This document shows, piece by piece, positions 20,245 through 30,909 of a stretch of DNA of 56,513 nucleotides. This DNA comes from an uncultured Rhizobiaceae bacterium. GTDB taxonomy: Bacteria > Pseudomonadota > Alphaproteobacteria > UBA828. Both the position numbers and the translations under genes were made by a program. Location of the stretch: positions 1-56,513 of the forward strand of contig CAYRUX010000096.1 in assembly GCA_964427515.1 (NCBI GenBank), given 5' to 3'. Numbering within the stretch: position 1 is the stretch's first letter; each line of letters begins with the position of its first letter. The notes beneath the pieces were generated by a model that had not been told where the DNA came from, did not search any database, and saw only the letters and a list, made by a program, of their open reading frames with translations.

Positions 20245-20772
20245 TTATTTTGGCCTGACACCCCTTTTTACTGGGCTACCATAAACGTGCTGTGGCCTTG
20301 TAGTGATTGGAGCTCTTGAATTAAGGGGTCGCTCTCCAAACCGTCCTAAAGCTAACATTCGATCGTAAAGAACGATAGCTCCAGCGATACCTAAATTTAC
20401 TGAAAATTTTGTCGGTATTCTAACCACAAAATCACACCGGCCAAGCATATCCGGGGACAAAGAACCTCTCTCAGGCCCAAGCACATATGCAGCATTAACG
20501 GGATGAAAAAATGAAGGCAGGTCTGTCGCCTCATCCATAAGTTCAACACCTACTAATGAACATTTTTCTGGTAGAACCATATCAACAACATTTCCAAATT
20601 GGTAAAATGGTACTTGTTCGTGAGTTTTAGCCGTATCCGATGCAACTCCAGAATATTCCGCTGAAACCGTAAATATAAATTGTGCCCCAAATGCATGTCC
20701 TGAACGCATCAAATTACCAACATTAAACGGTTTACTGACACCCTCAACACCTATGCCAAAATAACCACGCAT
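20245..20772 (-). CDS. TrmH/SpoU-family RNA 2'-O-methyltransferase
   Basis: GNLMRSGHAFG, YVLGPERGSL and SVNLGIAGAIVLYD match SPOUT motifs 1-3. I prefer the ATG at 20772 over the GTG at 20826. Confidence 0.8.
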   Translation of the reverse strand: MRGYFGIGVEGVSKPFNVGNLMRSGHAFGAQFIFTVSAEYSGVASDTAKTHEQVPFYQFGNVVDMVLPEKCSLVGVELMDEATDLPSFFHPVNAAYVLGPERGSLSPDMLGRCDFVVRIPTKFSVNLGIAGAIVLYDRMLALGRFGERPLNSRAPITTRPQHVYGSPVKRGVRPK

Positions 20773-21058
20773 TATATTAATCACACCTTTAACTTTTGGC
20801 GAACCTTCTTGCAACGCAAGTAACACAATTTAGGAATCTACATTACATCCCAAATATTAACTAAAGTAAAACTTCCCATATACTCAATATGAGAAGAAAT
20901 GGAAGTGCGATAACCTTTTACGTTTACCTGGGTATACGATATTACGAGAGACTACGAGATAAGTTAACTGATCTAGCAAACCATTTAATGAGGTTTAATT
21001 TTTAACTTCCTATTACTTTCTTATCCTTCACAAGGATTTATCAAGTATAACCTAGATA

Positions 21059-22597
21059 TTGAACGCTCCTAATTTTGATCATAAGTTAGCAAAGGTTATG
21101 TCTTTAGATATTTCACCCACAACAATACTTGATAAATCTGCGCTGCAAGCAAATCTTCGTAAAGCTACTTCACCTGTTACTCACAATAACAATCGAGGCG
21201 ACGCTTTAGCAATATATAAAAAATTTCTAACTAAAGGGCGACTAACACTCCAGCGTTCTATGAATGAAGGGGCTTCAGGTGCATCGCTTGTCTTGGGTTA
21301 CTCTTTTCTTGTAGATGAAATTCTACAAACAATATGTAATCAGGCTTCTCTAGTATTATATACTGAACCCAACCCTACTGTAGGCGCAAAACTGACTCTT
21401 GTAGCCACAGGTGGTTACGGAAGAGCTGAACTTGCCCCTTGGTCCGACATTGATCTTTTGTTTCTCCATCCCTGGAAGTTAACGGCGAGAAATGAACAGG
21501 TCGTGGAATATGTTCTATATACTCTATGGGATTTAGGGCTTAAAGTTGGTCACGCAACTCGATCAGTAACAGACTGTCTATCACGTGCTAAGAAGGATAT
21601 CACCATACGTACCTCTTTACTGGAATCTCGTTTCCTTTGGGGGCACCAAGGTCTGTATAAAGATTTTAGTCTTCGATTTTGGAACGAAGTTGTTACTGGA
21701 ACTGAATCTCTGTTTGTTAGTTCAAAATTGGCTGAGAGGGATGCGCGTCATCATCGCACAGGAGATTCCAGATACCTTTTGGAACCAAATATAAAGGATG
21801 GTAAAGGCGGTTTGCGTGACCTACATACGTTATTTTGGATTGCAAAGTATCTTTATAACGTCGATCAATTTTCTGATTTAGTTGGATTAGGACTTATAAG
21901 CCCTAGAGAACAGACCAAGTTTTCAAACGCTGAGAATTTCCTCTGGAAGGTCAGAGCACATTTACACATTTTGAGTGGAAGACCTGAGGATAGGTTGTCA
22001 TTTGATGTACAACCAGAAATTGCCTGCCACATAGGCTATGCTGATCGTAACGGTAATTTAGCTGTTGAAAGATTCATGAAACATTACTTTTTAATTGCTA
22101 AATCGGTAGGTGAATTGACACGCGTATTATGTGCTTCTCTTGAAGCAGACAGTATTGAAGTTGCCCCCCGTCGAGTTGGCGCATTTGGCCCGTCTCCTAC
22201 AATAGACTGTATTAAAACAGACAAGGGGAGGCTCGCTGTAGTTCACGACCTAGCTTTTGACGAAAAACCTGCCCGTCTATTAAGATTATTTAGGCTCGCT
22301 CAAACTTCTGGTTTAGATATTCATCCTCGGACACTTCGTTTAGTGCATCAGTGCTTACGTCTAATCAACCAAAATTTACGAGACAACGTTGAAGCTAACG
22401 AGATATTTTTTCAGATTTTAACTTATCATCAGGAACCCGACATAACACTCCGTCAAATGAGTGAATCTGGGGTTCTCGGCCGTTTTATTCCGGAGTTCGG
22501 TCAAATTATTGGTCAAGTCCAATTTGATATGTATCATGTTTACACCGTTGATAAACACACGATTCAAGCTATTAGTATATTGTCTCAAATAGAATGA
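21059..22597 (+). CDS. glnD: glnD N-terminal fragment (nucleotidyltransferase half)
   Basis: GGYGRAELAPWSDIDLLFL NTase motif. Ends ...YTVDKHTIQAISILSQIE-TGA. Start is TTG 21059 or ATG 21098. Confidence 0.85.
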   Translation: MNAPNFDHKLAKVMSLDISPTTILDKSALQANLRKATSPVTHNNNRGDALAIYKKFLTKGRLTLQRSMNEGASGASLVLGYSFLVDEILQTICNQASLVLYTEPNPTVGAKLTLVATGGYGRAELAPWSDIDLLFLHPWKLTARNEQVVEYVLYTLWDLGLKVGHATRSVTDCLSRAKKDITIRTSLLESRFLWGHQGLYKDFSLRFWNEVVTGTESLFVSSKLAERDARHHRTGDSRYLLEPNIKDGKGGLRDLHTLFWIAKYLYNVDQFSDLVGLGLISPREQTKFSNAENFLWKVRAHLHILSGRPEDRLSFDVQPEIACHIGYADRNGNLAVERFMKHYFLIAKSVGELTRVLCASLEADSIEVAPRRVGAFGPSPTIDCIKTDKGRLAVVHDLAFDEKPARLLRLFRLAQTSGLDIHPRTLRLVHQCLRLINQNLRDNVEANEIFFQILTYHQEPDITLRQMSESGVLGRFIPEFGQIIGQVQFDMYHVYTVDKHTIQAISILSQIE

Positions 22598-22615
22598 GGA
22601 GAATTAAGATATGAG

Positions 22616-23875
22616 TTGCCATTAGCAACTGAGATAATATCGAATGTCATATCACGCCAAGTACTCTATTTATCTTTGTTCTGCCACGACCTCGCGAAAG
22701 GAAAGACTAACAATCACTCGGAAACAGGAGCAATAATTGCTAAAAACCTTGGATTGCGACTCGGATTATCAGATGAACAGTCTGAACAAACAGCATGGCT
22801 CGTGCGTAATCATCTCATTTTAAGCAAGTCAGCGTTCAAGCGAGACATTAACGACCCCCAAACTCTTACAGACTTTATAACTAAAGTGACTTCTTTAGAA
22901 CGGCTAAAGTTACTTTTCATATTTACTTTAACCGATATAAAGGCTGTCGGCCCAGGGCGTTTGAACGGTTGGAAAAATACACTTTTAACGAAGTTATATC
23001 ATAGAGCCGAGGAAATTCTCTCTGGTGGACATCAAGCCCACGACATGAATGAACGCGTAATAATCTCCAAGACCTTATTACGTAGAAACCTTAAGACCTG
23101 GTCCGAAAAAAATATTACAGAATATACCGATAAACTTTCGAACCCTTATTGGCTTGCTTTTGATAACAATACACATTTACAACACGCAAAACTAATCAGA
23201 AACTCCTGTAACAACAGTGCAACTTTTGAGATTCAAATGCAAAACAATCAATTGCACGCGGCAACTGAAATTACAGTTTTTACAAAGGATAAACCTGGTT
23301 TAATTGCCTCTATGGCTGGAGCCATAGCATCTGCTGGAGCCGATATTGTTGATGCAAAAGCATTTACAACTAACGATGGAATGGCTCTGGACAGCTTTTG
23401 GGTTCAAGATGCTAAAGGCGACCCATTTGACGAACACGAAAGATTAATAATTGCTCTCAATTACGTGAGAAAAGGATTTCATAATAAAATCGTACAGGAC
23501 TTAACCAGTCGACAGGCACGCTTGGTTTCAAAGCGCGAAGACTACATTAATATTGTACCAGAAGTTATAATTAATAATAGAGCTAGCAACCAACATACTC
23601 TTATAGAAGTTAATGGTAGAGATCGGCCTGGTCTTCTCTTCAATATATGCCAAACATTAACTGATCTTGGTATATCAATTGTTACAGCTCACATATCAAC
23701 CTATGGCATCCAAGCAGTGGATGTATTTTATGTGAAGAATAAATATGGAATGCAATTAACTAAAAAGGCTGAAATTTTAAAGGTAAGAACGTGTCTCCTC
23801 GAAGCTTTAAACAAAAATACGAAAATAAATTTAATTATAAAATATGCACAAAAAAAGTTAGAAGAGATTTCGTAA
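22616..23875 (+). CDS. glnD: glnD C-terminal fragment (HD domain plus two ACT domains)
   Basis: LFCHDLAKG HD motif, DIKAVGPGRLNGWK, and two ACT-like segments (ITVFTKDKPGL..., IEVNGRDRPGLL...). The open frame actually begins straight after the TGA at 22598; the first in-frame start is TTG 22616. Confidence 0.8.
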   Translation: MPLATEIISNVISRQVLYLSLFCHDLAKGKTNNHSETGAIIAKNLGLRLGLSDEQSEQTAWLVRNHLILSKSAFKRDINDPQTLTDFITKVTSLERLKLLFIFTLTDIKAVGPGRLNGWKNTLLTKLYHRAEEILSGGHQAHDMNERVIISKTLLRRNLKTWSEKNITEYTDKLSNPYWLAFDNNTHLQHAKLIRNSCNNSATFEIQMQNNQLHAATEITVFTKDKPGLIASMAGAIASAGADIVDAKAFTTNDGMALDSFWVQDAKGDPFDEHERLIIALNYVRKGFHNKIVQDLTSRQARLVSKREDYINIVPEVIINNRASNQHTLIEVNGRDRPGLLFNICQTLTDLGISIVTAHISTYGIQAVDVFYVKNKYGMQLTKKAEILKVRTCLLEALNKNTKINLIIKYAQKKLEEIS

Positions 23876-24035
23876 ATAACTCTTCGAGAATCTAATTTTT
23901 AAGGAAAATGCATATGGTTCGCATTGAGGATTTTACTTTTAAGATGAAGGTTAATAATTTTTGTTGTCAGAAAATAAGCTAATATTTATCTCGTTAAGCA
24001 AAATTTACGACTCCTTTGAATAAGGATTCATAGTC

Positions 24036-25583
24036 ATGGCACTTGGTCGCTGGGTAACAACTATAGGTGGTTATACACTTGCGTCTCGTTTGCTGGGATT
24101 TATAAGAGATATCTTAATTGCAGCCATCCTTGGAACTGGACCAATTTCTGACGCGTTTTTTGTAGCTTTTAAAATTCCAAATTTTTTTCGCCGCTTATTT
24201 GCGGAAGGCGCTTTCAGTGCTGCGTTCATACCACTGTTTTCCGGTGAATTAGAGAAAAACGGTCTTAAGGCAGCCAAAGAATTTGCTGAAGAGGTCCTAG
24301 CTGTACTTCTATGCGTACTATTACTGCTAGTCATTGCGGCGGAAATCTCAATGCCATGGCTTATGCATGGTCTTGCACCTGGGTTTGCAACTGACCTAGC
24401 CAAGTTTGATCTTGCAGTTCAACTCACTCGTGTCACATTTCCATACATTTTATTTATTTCTCTAGTCTCACTTTTGGGGGGTATGTTAAATTCCCTATAT
24501 CGCTTTGCAGCGGCTGCCTCCGCACCAATTATCTTAAATCTTTGCTTGATTAGTGCTTTACTAGGCCTATCTCAATGGACAGACACACCAGGGCATGCCT
24601 TAGCAATCGGCGTCTCAGGCGCCGGCGTTATCCAATTTGCTTGGCTTGTAATCGCTTTGCGCCGTGCTGGCATAGCACTACGTCTTCCATGGCCTAGGCT
24701 TACACCGAGGGTAAAACATATGCTTATTATAATAGCACCCGCAGCATTAGGCGCCGGCATTGCGCAGGTAAACCTTGTTGTTGATGTTATAATTGCGTCA
24801 ATGTTACCAGAAGGTGCCGTATCTTTTCTATATTATGCTGATAGGGTAAATCAACTTCCTCTTGGTGTCATTGGAGTTGCTGTTGGAACCGCACTTCTAC
24901 CTCTTCTTTCCCGTCAAGTTCAAACAGACAATGAAGCAGCGGCAATACAAAGCCAAAATCGTGCGATAGAGGGAGCCTTGTTATTAACTCTACCTGCTGC
25001 AGCAGCTTTAATAATAATGGCTGAACCAACTATTTATGTACTATTTGAAAGGGGCGCTTTTACCACCACTGCTACAAACGCATCAGCAAATGCATTAGTG
25101 GCCTATGCAGCAGGGCTGCCTTCTTTTGTACTTATCAAAGTTCTAGTTCCTGGTTATTTTGCCCGACAGAACACCAAATCCCCTGTATATATTGCTATTG
25201 TTTGTTTAGCTGTAAATGTTGGCCTAAACCTAATATTAATGGGGCCGCTCGGGCACGTAGGCATAGCCCTTGCTACTAGTTTATCCGGTTGGTTAAATGC
25301 TACAATGCTAGCAATAGGATTAAGTCGTCGTGGCTTCTTTTCTGCAGATCAAAGATTGAAAAATCGCCTGCTTCGAATGGCAGTGGCGACTATTATCATG
25401 ACCCTAGCATTGTGGGGAGTTAGTAATTTACTTAGCAAGACCTTAACCGGTTCTTTGGGAATAAGCTTCGGAAGCTTACTTGCTTTAATATTTACTGGCA
25501 TTAGTGTTTACGGTGTTAGTGCCCGACTTTTAGGCGCCGTATACCTTTCTGACTTAAAAGGATTTTGGCGATCTGAAAAATAA
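24036..25583 (+). CDS. murJ: Lipid II flippase MurJ (MviN)
   Basis: SRLLGFIRDILIAAILG, FFVAFKIPNFFRRLFAEGAFSAAFIPLF. 515-aa polytopic protein. Confidence 0.95.
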   Translation: MALGRWVTTIGGYTLASRLLGFIRDILIAAILGTGPISDAFFVAFKIPNFFRRLFAEGAFSAAFIPLFSGELEKNGLKAAKEFAEEVLAVLLCVLLLLVIAAEISMPWLMHGLAPGFATDLAKFDLAVQLTRVTFPYILFISLVSLLGGMLNSLYRFAAAASAPIILNLCLISALLGLSQWTDTPGHALAIGVSGAGVIQFAWLVIALRRAGIALRLPWPRLTPRVKHMLIIIAPAALGAGIAQVNLVVDVIIASMLPEGAVSFLYYADRVNQLPLGVIGVAVGTALLPLLSRQVQTDNEAAAIQSQNRAIEGALLLTLPAAAALIIMAEPTIYVLFERGAFTTTATNASANALVAYAAGLPSFVLIKVLVPGYFARQNTKSPVYIAIVCLAVNVGLNLILMGPLGHVGIALATSLSGWLNATMLAIGLSRRGFFSADQRLKNRLLRMAVATIIMTLALWGVSNLLSKTLTGSLGISFGSLLALIFTGISVYGVSARLLGAVYLSDLKGFWRSEK

Positions 25584-25754
25584 CAGATTAAGTTATACTG
25601 GAATTTTAATATAGTGTTTACTAAGTTCATGCCTTGACCCGGCAGTATAGTCACGCCATAAATTTAAACCCCTGTAATTTTTCTAAAGTTTCATAAAGTT
25701 ATTTGGCACCTATAAAAATTTGGATACGGCTTTTCGCCGTTTGGAGCACAAAAA

Positions 25755-26747
25755 ATGGATCGAGTTTTCTCAGGCGTTCAGCCAACTGGGAATTTGCATC
25801 TGGGAAATTATCTGGGAGCAATAAAAAATTGGGTCAATATTCAAGACAACTTTGACTGCATTTATTGTATTGTTGATCTACATGCCTTAACCGTTCAGCA
25901 AGACCCATCAAAATTATTAGCTAATACCCGAGAGGTAACAGCCGGCTTAATCGCCGCAGGCATTGATCCTAAACGCTCCATCATCTTTAACCAGAGTCAG
26001 GTGTCTGGACATGCCGAGTTATCATGGCTATTATATTGTCAAACACCTCTAGGTTGGCTTAATCGCATGACGCTGTTTAAAGAAATAGCCGGAAAAAAGC
26101 GTGATAATGCGGTGCTAGGACTTTACGCCTATCCAGTACTAATGGCTGCTGATATACTCCTGTACCAAGCTACACATGTTCCTGTTGGCGAAGACCAGAA
26201 ACAGCACTTGGAGCTAACTCGAGACATTGCAGGAGCTTTTAACAGAGCATACGGTCAAAAATACTTTCCAATACCTGAACCAATGATCTTGAAGGAAGCT
26301 GCTCGGGTCATGAGCCTACGTGACGGTCGTGCAAAAATGAGTAAATCCGACTCTTCAGATAACTCCCGTATAAACCTTACTGACGATACTGACACTATTA
26401 TACGAAAAATCCAACGAGCGAAAACGGATTCTTTTAATGGCGTGACCTTTGATGAAATAAATCGCCCTGAAGCTTCTAATTTGCTTGGAATCTATGCAGC
26501 ACTGAGCGATCAAAGCATTAAAAACGTGTCAAACCAATTTTCTGGGGATGGTTTTTCCCAATTTAAAATTGAGTTGGCTGAGTTGGCTGCCGTTAAGTTA
26601 AAACCGATAGCTACAGAGATGCAACGCCTAATGGCCTCTACTGGTTACATTGATGAAATATTAAAAAATGGTGCTGTGCGGGCATCGGAAATAGCGGAAC
26701 ATAATTTAAAAAATATCAAAAACATTATGGGTTTCCTCATTTCGTGA
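25755..26747 (+). CDS. trpS: Tryptophan--tRNA ligase
   Basis: [16 protein letters not shown] (HIGH-type motif) and KMSKS. Confidence 0.95.
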   Translation: MDRVFSGVQPTGNLHLGNYLGAIKNWVNIQDNFDCIYCIVDLHALTVQQDPSKLLANTREVTAGLIAAGIDPKRSIIFNQSQVSGHAELSWLLYCQTPLGWLNRMTLFKEIAGKKRDNAVLGLYAYPVLMAADILLYQATHVPVGEDQKQHLELTRDIAGAFNRAYGQKYFPIPEPMILKEAARVMSLRDGRAKMSKSDSSDNSRINLTDDTDTIIRKIQRAKTDSFNGVTFDEINRPEASNLLGIYAALSDQSIKNVSNQFSGDGFSQFKIELAELAAVKLKPIATEMQRLMASTGYIDEILKNGAVRASEIAEHNLKNIKNIMGFLIS

Positions 26748-26827
26748 GACCACAATCCAACGAATCTTGTTAACGTCTTGAAACGCAAAAGCACCGGAAG
26801 ATAATATAACTTCAAAGAGGTGACTTA

Positions 26828-27742
26828 GTGGAAATTTATTTACCGATCGCGGAACTTTCAACGAACATATTTTTATTGCTCGGTCTTGGAACCGCAATTG
26901 GTTTTTTATCAGGAATGTTTGGCGTAGGTGGTGGGTTCCTTATGACGCCTCTACTGATTTTTCTAGGAATTCCACCGACCGTTGCTGTCGGAACTGGAAC
27001 TACTCTAATTGTTGCTTCATCTGTTTCTGGAATGATGGCACATTGGCAGCGCAAAAATGTTGATTTTCGAATGGGCGCACTTTTATTTGGAGGCGGGATT
27101 GGAGGTTCGTGGCTTGGTGTATGGCTCTTCAGAGAATTGCACGAGGTAGGCCAGATCGATTTGGTAATATCAATCTCTTACGTAGTCTTTTTAACAATTG
27201 TCGGTGGTTTAATGGGTTTTGAAGGCGTTGTGGCAACTTTCCGGCATGGCGACAAAAACAACCGGAAAGCACACCAGCATAATTGGTTGCATGGACTTCC
27301 TTTGAAAATGCGATTTAGACAGTCAAAATTATATGTTAGCGCAGTCCCTCCAGTAATCGTTGGTTTTCTTATGGGATTGCTAGCCTCGTTCATGGGTGTG
27401 GGTGGTGGATTTTTAATGATACCAGTAATGATTTATCTTATTGGAATGCCCACAAACGGATTAATTGGAACATCCCTATTTGGAATTGTAGTTGTAAGCA
27501 CCGTATCATCCTTTGCGCATGCCACGCAAAATCATAATGTAGATATAGTTTTAGCACTTTTACTAGCTATCGGGGCTGTAATTGGAGCTCAGTATGGGTC
27601 TCGTGTCGGGGTAAAATTGAAAGGAGAATATTTACGCACCTTACTCGCAGCCATGGTTTTAGCGGTAGGCGGAAGACTCTTGTATGATTTGGTAATTCAG
27701 CCCGATGATCTATTTAATACTACAATGATGGTAATCCCATAA
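26828..27742 (+). CDS. TauE/SafE (TSUP) family sulfite/anion exporter
   Basis: Duplicated GVGGGFLM(T/I)P motifs in a 304-aa polytopic protein. GTG start preceded by AAGAGG. Confidence 0.85.
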   Translation: MEIYLPIAELSTNIFLLLGLGTAIGFLSGMFGVGGGFLMTPLLIFLGIPPTVAVGTGTTLIVASSVSGMMAHWQRKNVDFRMGALLFGGGIGGSWLGVWLFRELHEVGQIDLVISISYVVFLTIVGGLMGFEGVVATFRHGDKNNRKAHQHNWLHGLPLKMRFRQSKLYVSAVPPVIVGFLMGLLASFMGVGGGFLMIPVMIYLIGMPTNGLIGTSLFGIVVVSTVSSFAHATQNHNVDIVLALLLAIGAVIGAQYGSRVGVKLKGEYLRTLLAAMVLAVGGRLLYDLVIQPDDLFNTTMMVIP

Positions 27743-28506
27743 TGTTTCGCTGCATATTGTTATACGCATGCTACTGCATCCTGATAGCAAGTATTTGGAT
27801 TGGAATAACTATATCCACAAAAGCTGAAGAGTTACCTTTTATGATCGACTTTCTACCAAAATCAATTGCTGTAGACTCCAGTTTTAGCGGAACTAAAATT
27901 ATGGTATTTGGTATGAAGACCGTACCTGGTGAGATAATTGTGTCCATTCGAGGGCCCGAGCGTACCACTGTAGTCCGTCAAAAAAAACGCGTTGCAGGGT
28001 TATGGATAAATCGTGATTCTGTAGCATTTAGTGACGTCCCGCAATTTTATGCCCTAGCATCAACAAAACCATTAAATAATATTATAAAACCAGACCAACA
28101 AATTAGTTACCAAATTGGCACAGAACACATTGTTCTAAATCCTATTCGAATCCAGACTTCCGACGAAGTGAATAAATTTCGGGAGGCTCTAAGGCGGTCG
28201 CACACTAATTCACAATTATATTCCCCGTTCACTGAAAAGATTGTGTTACTTAGAGATAGTCTTTTTAGGGTAACACTTGATGTGCCAGCAAATATTCCCA
28301 CAGGGAATTATATGTTAGAAGCATTATTAATTGATAACTTTAGAATAATTGACCGACGAAAGGAATATATCGAAATAAAAAAATCAGGTTTGGCTGCTGA
28401 CATCTTTGATTACGCCAAGAATAATGGAGCGTTATATGGAACCATTGCGGTTTTTGCTGCATTAGTGGCCGGGTGGCTTGGAGGCGTTGCATTCCGACAA
28501 AGCTAA
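27742..28506 (+). CDS. TIGR02186 / Alph_Pro_TM-type membrane protein
   Basis: About 254 aa with an N-terminal signal/anchor and a C-terminal TM helix. It directly follows a TauE gene with start/stop overlap, the arrangement known for this alphaproteobacteria-restricted family. Confidence 0.6.
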   Translation: MFRCILLYACYCILIASIWIGITISTKAEELPFMIDFLPKSIAVDSSFSGTKIMVFGMKTVPGEIIVSIRGPERTTVVRQKKRVAGLWINRDSVAFSDVPQFYALASTKPLNNIIKPDQQISYQIGTEHIVLNPIRIQTSDEVNKFREALRRSHTNSQLYSPFTEKIVLLRDSLFRVTLDVPANIPTGNYMLEALLIDNFRIIDRRKEYIEIKKSGLAADIFDYAKNNGALYGTIAVFAALVAGWLGGVAFRQS

Positions 28507-28525
28507 CATTATTGCGAGATTAATT

Positions 28526-29029
28526 ATGAGTAATTCTGCAACTTCGAACCAGAAACAACATGTTGCCGGACAAATATCATTCTTGGTATGTATTTCCCGT
28601 GACAATCCTTCAACTGTCGCTGCTCGTTTTGCTGCTCTTAGAGCACAAAACTCTGGCGGTAAAGTAGCTTTACTTCATGTAACTCAACCCCCCGAGTTTC
28701 AGCACTGGGCAGCTGTAGGGAAGCGAATGCGAGAAGAAATGCGAGCCGATGCCGAAGTATTATTGAGTGGGGTGAAAGACGACATAAGGGATATGCTAAA
28801 TACCAGACCTTCAATGCACATACGTGAGGGACGAATCGGGGAAGAAATTATAAATCATGTAAATGAAAATGATTCTATTGATCTATTAGTAGTGGGAGCC
28901 ACCCAACCAAATGAAGGACGAGGTTCACTGATATCTTGGCTTGCAGGCCAGTTGACTGGTCGACTTAAAATCCCTCTGGTCATAGTCCCCGGAAATCTTA
29001 CCGATAAACAACTTCGCAATCTGACCTAA
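28526..29029 (+). CDS. Universal stress protein (UspA family)
   Basis: Usp-like layout ending in DLLVVGATQPNEGRGSL...PLVIVPG (ATP-binding G-x2-G-x9-G-S/T region). I prefer the ATG at 28526. Confidence 0.7.
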   Translation: MSNSATSNQKQHVAGQISFLVCISRDNPSTVAARFAALRAQNSGGKVALLHVTQPPEFQHWAAVGKRMREEMRADAEVLLSGVKDDIRDMLNTRPSMHIREGRIGEEIINHVNENDSIDLLVVGATQPNEGRGSLISWLAGQLTGRLKIPLVIVPGNLTDKQLRNLT

Positions 29030-29166
29030 ACGTATTCACCACCATCGACCCGCCTAAGTGTATATAGTCAAAAATGCTTAATTCATAAATTCTATACTTG
29101 ATTTATATATGCTCATATTACACATTCTAGCGTTAAACTTGCGATAACACATTTAGGTAGGGTAAC

Positions 29167-29742
29167 TTGTTTATTCAAACTGAGCAGACTCCCAATCCAG
29201 CTACTCTGAAATTTTTTCCTGGTGAGACAGTGTCTCCGTCTGGAACATTCGAAATTAGGAACCCTGAAGAGGCAGAAAAATTTCCTCTTGCGGCTAGACT
29301 CTTCCGAATTGAAGAAGTTTCAGGAGTATTTTTAGGCAAAGATTTTATTTCCGTTACCAAAACAGATTCAGCCGACTGGCAAACATTAAAGCCCGTTATT
29401 TTAGGATCAATTATGGAACATCTTGTCTCCGGACAGCCCATAATATTAGAATCTCTAACTCAAACTGACGAAGCGGCCACTCATGTTGATGGAAGTACTG
29501 AAGATAATTCTGATATGGAAATAATTAATCAAATTAAGGAATTACTTGAAACAAAAGTCCGCCCAGCGGTGGCTATGGATGGGGGAGATATTGTCTATAG
29601 GGGCTTCGAAAAGGGCGTGGTTATGGTTCAGCTGCAGGGTGCATGCCAAGGCTGTCCAAGTTCTACCGCAACCCTCAAAATGGGAATAGAAAACATGTTA
29701 CGACACTATATTCCTGAAGTTGTCGAGGTTCGGGCTATATAG
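29167..29742 (+). CDS. NifU/Nfu-type Fe-S cluster assembly protein (Nfu_N plus NifU C-terminal domains)
   Basis: The conserved N-terminus FIQTEQTPNPATLKFFPG begins at a TTG. CQGCPSS CxxC motif. Confidence 0.85.
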   Translation: MFIQTEQTPNPATLKFFPGETVSPSGTFEIRNPEEAEKFPLAARLFRIEEVSGVFLGKDFISVTKTDSADWQTLKPVILGSIMEHLVSGQPIILESLTQTDEAATHVDGSTEDNSDMEIINQIKELLETKVRPAVAMDGGDIVYRGFEKGVVMVQLQGACQGCPSSTATLKMGIENMLRHYIPEVVEVRAI

Positions 29743-29851
29743 AATCTAATAGCTTAAACATAAACCTCCGTCGTCTTGAAATCATATTGAAGATCTTTTA
29801 AAGATATTATCTGGAATATGTAATTGGATAGGTTAATTAAGGGCACGTTTT

Positions 29852-30802
29852 ATGCCACATACCGGTCGCATTAAATTGTTTATACCAGCTCTAGCTCTGT
29901 TAGTTGCCATATTCATTACGGTAGCTATTTCTACGCTTTTATTCCCCAATCAGACTCTATGGGCAAATTATAAAGCAACAAATTCTATTGGGTCTAACTT
30001 TGTCACAAATCCAAATAAAGTAGCTGTACTATCGGCTTATTTTGAACAAATTGATTATAATCTCGAAGATGTGCAAAAACGCAAGAATGATGTACCCCGC
30101 TTTTTTCTTAAACGACTTCCAGAAGACATATCAAAAATCAAATCTGCAAAAGAAAGGAAAAAAATCTTTGTTAAATCCATATTGCCACTAATACTTTTAG
30201 TCAATGAGGATATAACAGAAAGTCGGGTAGCAATTATAGAAATGCAGAACCAGATCAGAAACGGCGTTGAGTTGTCAAAAAACCAACTAAAATGGCTTCA
30301 GAATGCAGAGTATCGTTACGAAACAAAACCTCTAGATTGGCAAGAGCTTCTTAACCGTGTTGACATTATTCCTCCCTCCCTTGCCATCGCTCAGGCTGCT
30401 GAGGAGTCGGGGTGGGGAACTTCTCGCTTTGCAAAAGAAGGAAATGCTCTGTTCGGACAATATACATTCGGTGATTCAAACGGAATGCTACCTAAAGAAA
30501 GGGAAATGGGGGATCAACATTTAATCAGAATTTATTCAAATTTAGCTGAAGGTATCCGTTCCTATATGCACAACCTTAATTACCATTACGCCTATAAGGA
30601 TTTCCGAGACGCTAGAAATAAAATGCGATCGAACCATAAATTAGTCGATGGTCACGTGTTGGCTAGTACATTAGTAAATTATTCTGAACGTGGCTTTAAA
30701 TATGTTAAGACTATTCAAGATATCATTTCATCAAATAAACTTAGGCGGCTTGATAATACACAATTAGCCAAAGATAGTTACGTATTGAGTAGTTTAAGAT
30801 AA
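29852..30802 (+). CDS. Bax-like glucosaminidase-domain protein
   Basis: AQAAEESGWGTSRFAKEGNALFG matches the mannosyl-glycoprotein endo-beta-N-acetylglucosaminidase/Bax motif. N-terminal membrane anchor. Confidence 0.7.
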   Translation: MPHTGRIKLFIPALALLVAIFITVAISTLLFPNQTLWANYKATNSIGSNFVTNPNKVAVLSAYFEQIDYNLEDVQKRKNDVPRFFLKRLPEDISKIKSAKERKKIFVKSILPLILLVNEDITESRVAIIEMQNQIRNGVELSKNQLKWLQNAEYRYETKPLDWQELLNRVDIIPPSLAIAQAAEESGWGTSRFAKEGNALFGQYTFGDSNGMLPKEREMGDQHLIRIYSNLAEGIRSYMHNLNYHYAYKDFRDARNKMRSNHKLVDGHVLASTLVNYSERGFKYVKTIQDIISSNKLRRLDNTQLAKDSYVLSSLR

Positions 30803-30909
30803 AGATTGCCCTATAAATTTTATCCGAATACGAAAACTAAAACATTATTTTTAGGAAATTTAACGCCTTTATATCTCGAAATTGCAAAATATTTTGAATA
30901 TATGTTTAA

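Larger units (their letters stand above)
21059..23875 (+). pseudogene. glnD: Gene-level span of glnD ([protein-PII] uridylyltransferase/uridylyl-removing enzyme), interrupted by one in-frame TGA at 22595-22597
   Basis: ORFs 21059..22597 and 22616..23875 are in the same frame (offset 1557 = 519 codons). Together they make a protein of about 930 aa with NTase, HD and two ACT regions, as in single-chain GlnD. Confidence 0.75.

Noticed and set aside
22595-22630. Selenocysteine at the glnD TGA
   Set aside because: The family sequences I recall do not have Cys at this position. The only downstream structure is a 6-bp hairpin starting 17 nt after the UGA, which is far smaller than a bacterial SECIS element and lacks its typical loop. 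No sel genes are visible in the window.
26571-26588. Tandem 9-nt repeat gagttggct x2 in trpS
   Set aside because: It simply encodes ELAELA within a helical segment, is in frame and is too short to be meaningful.
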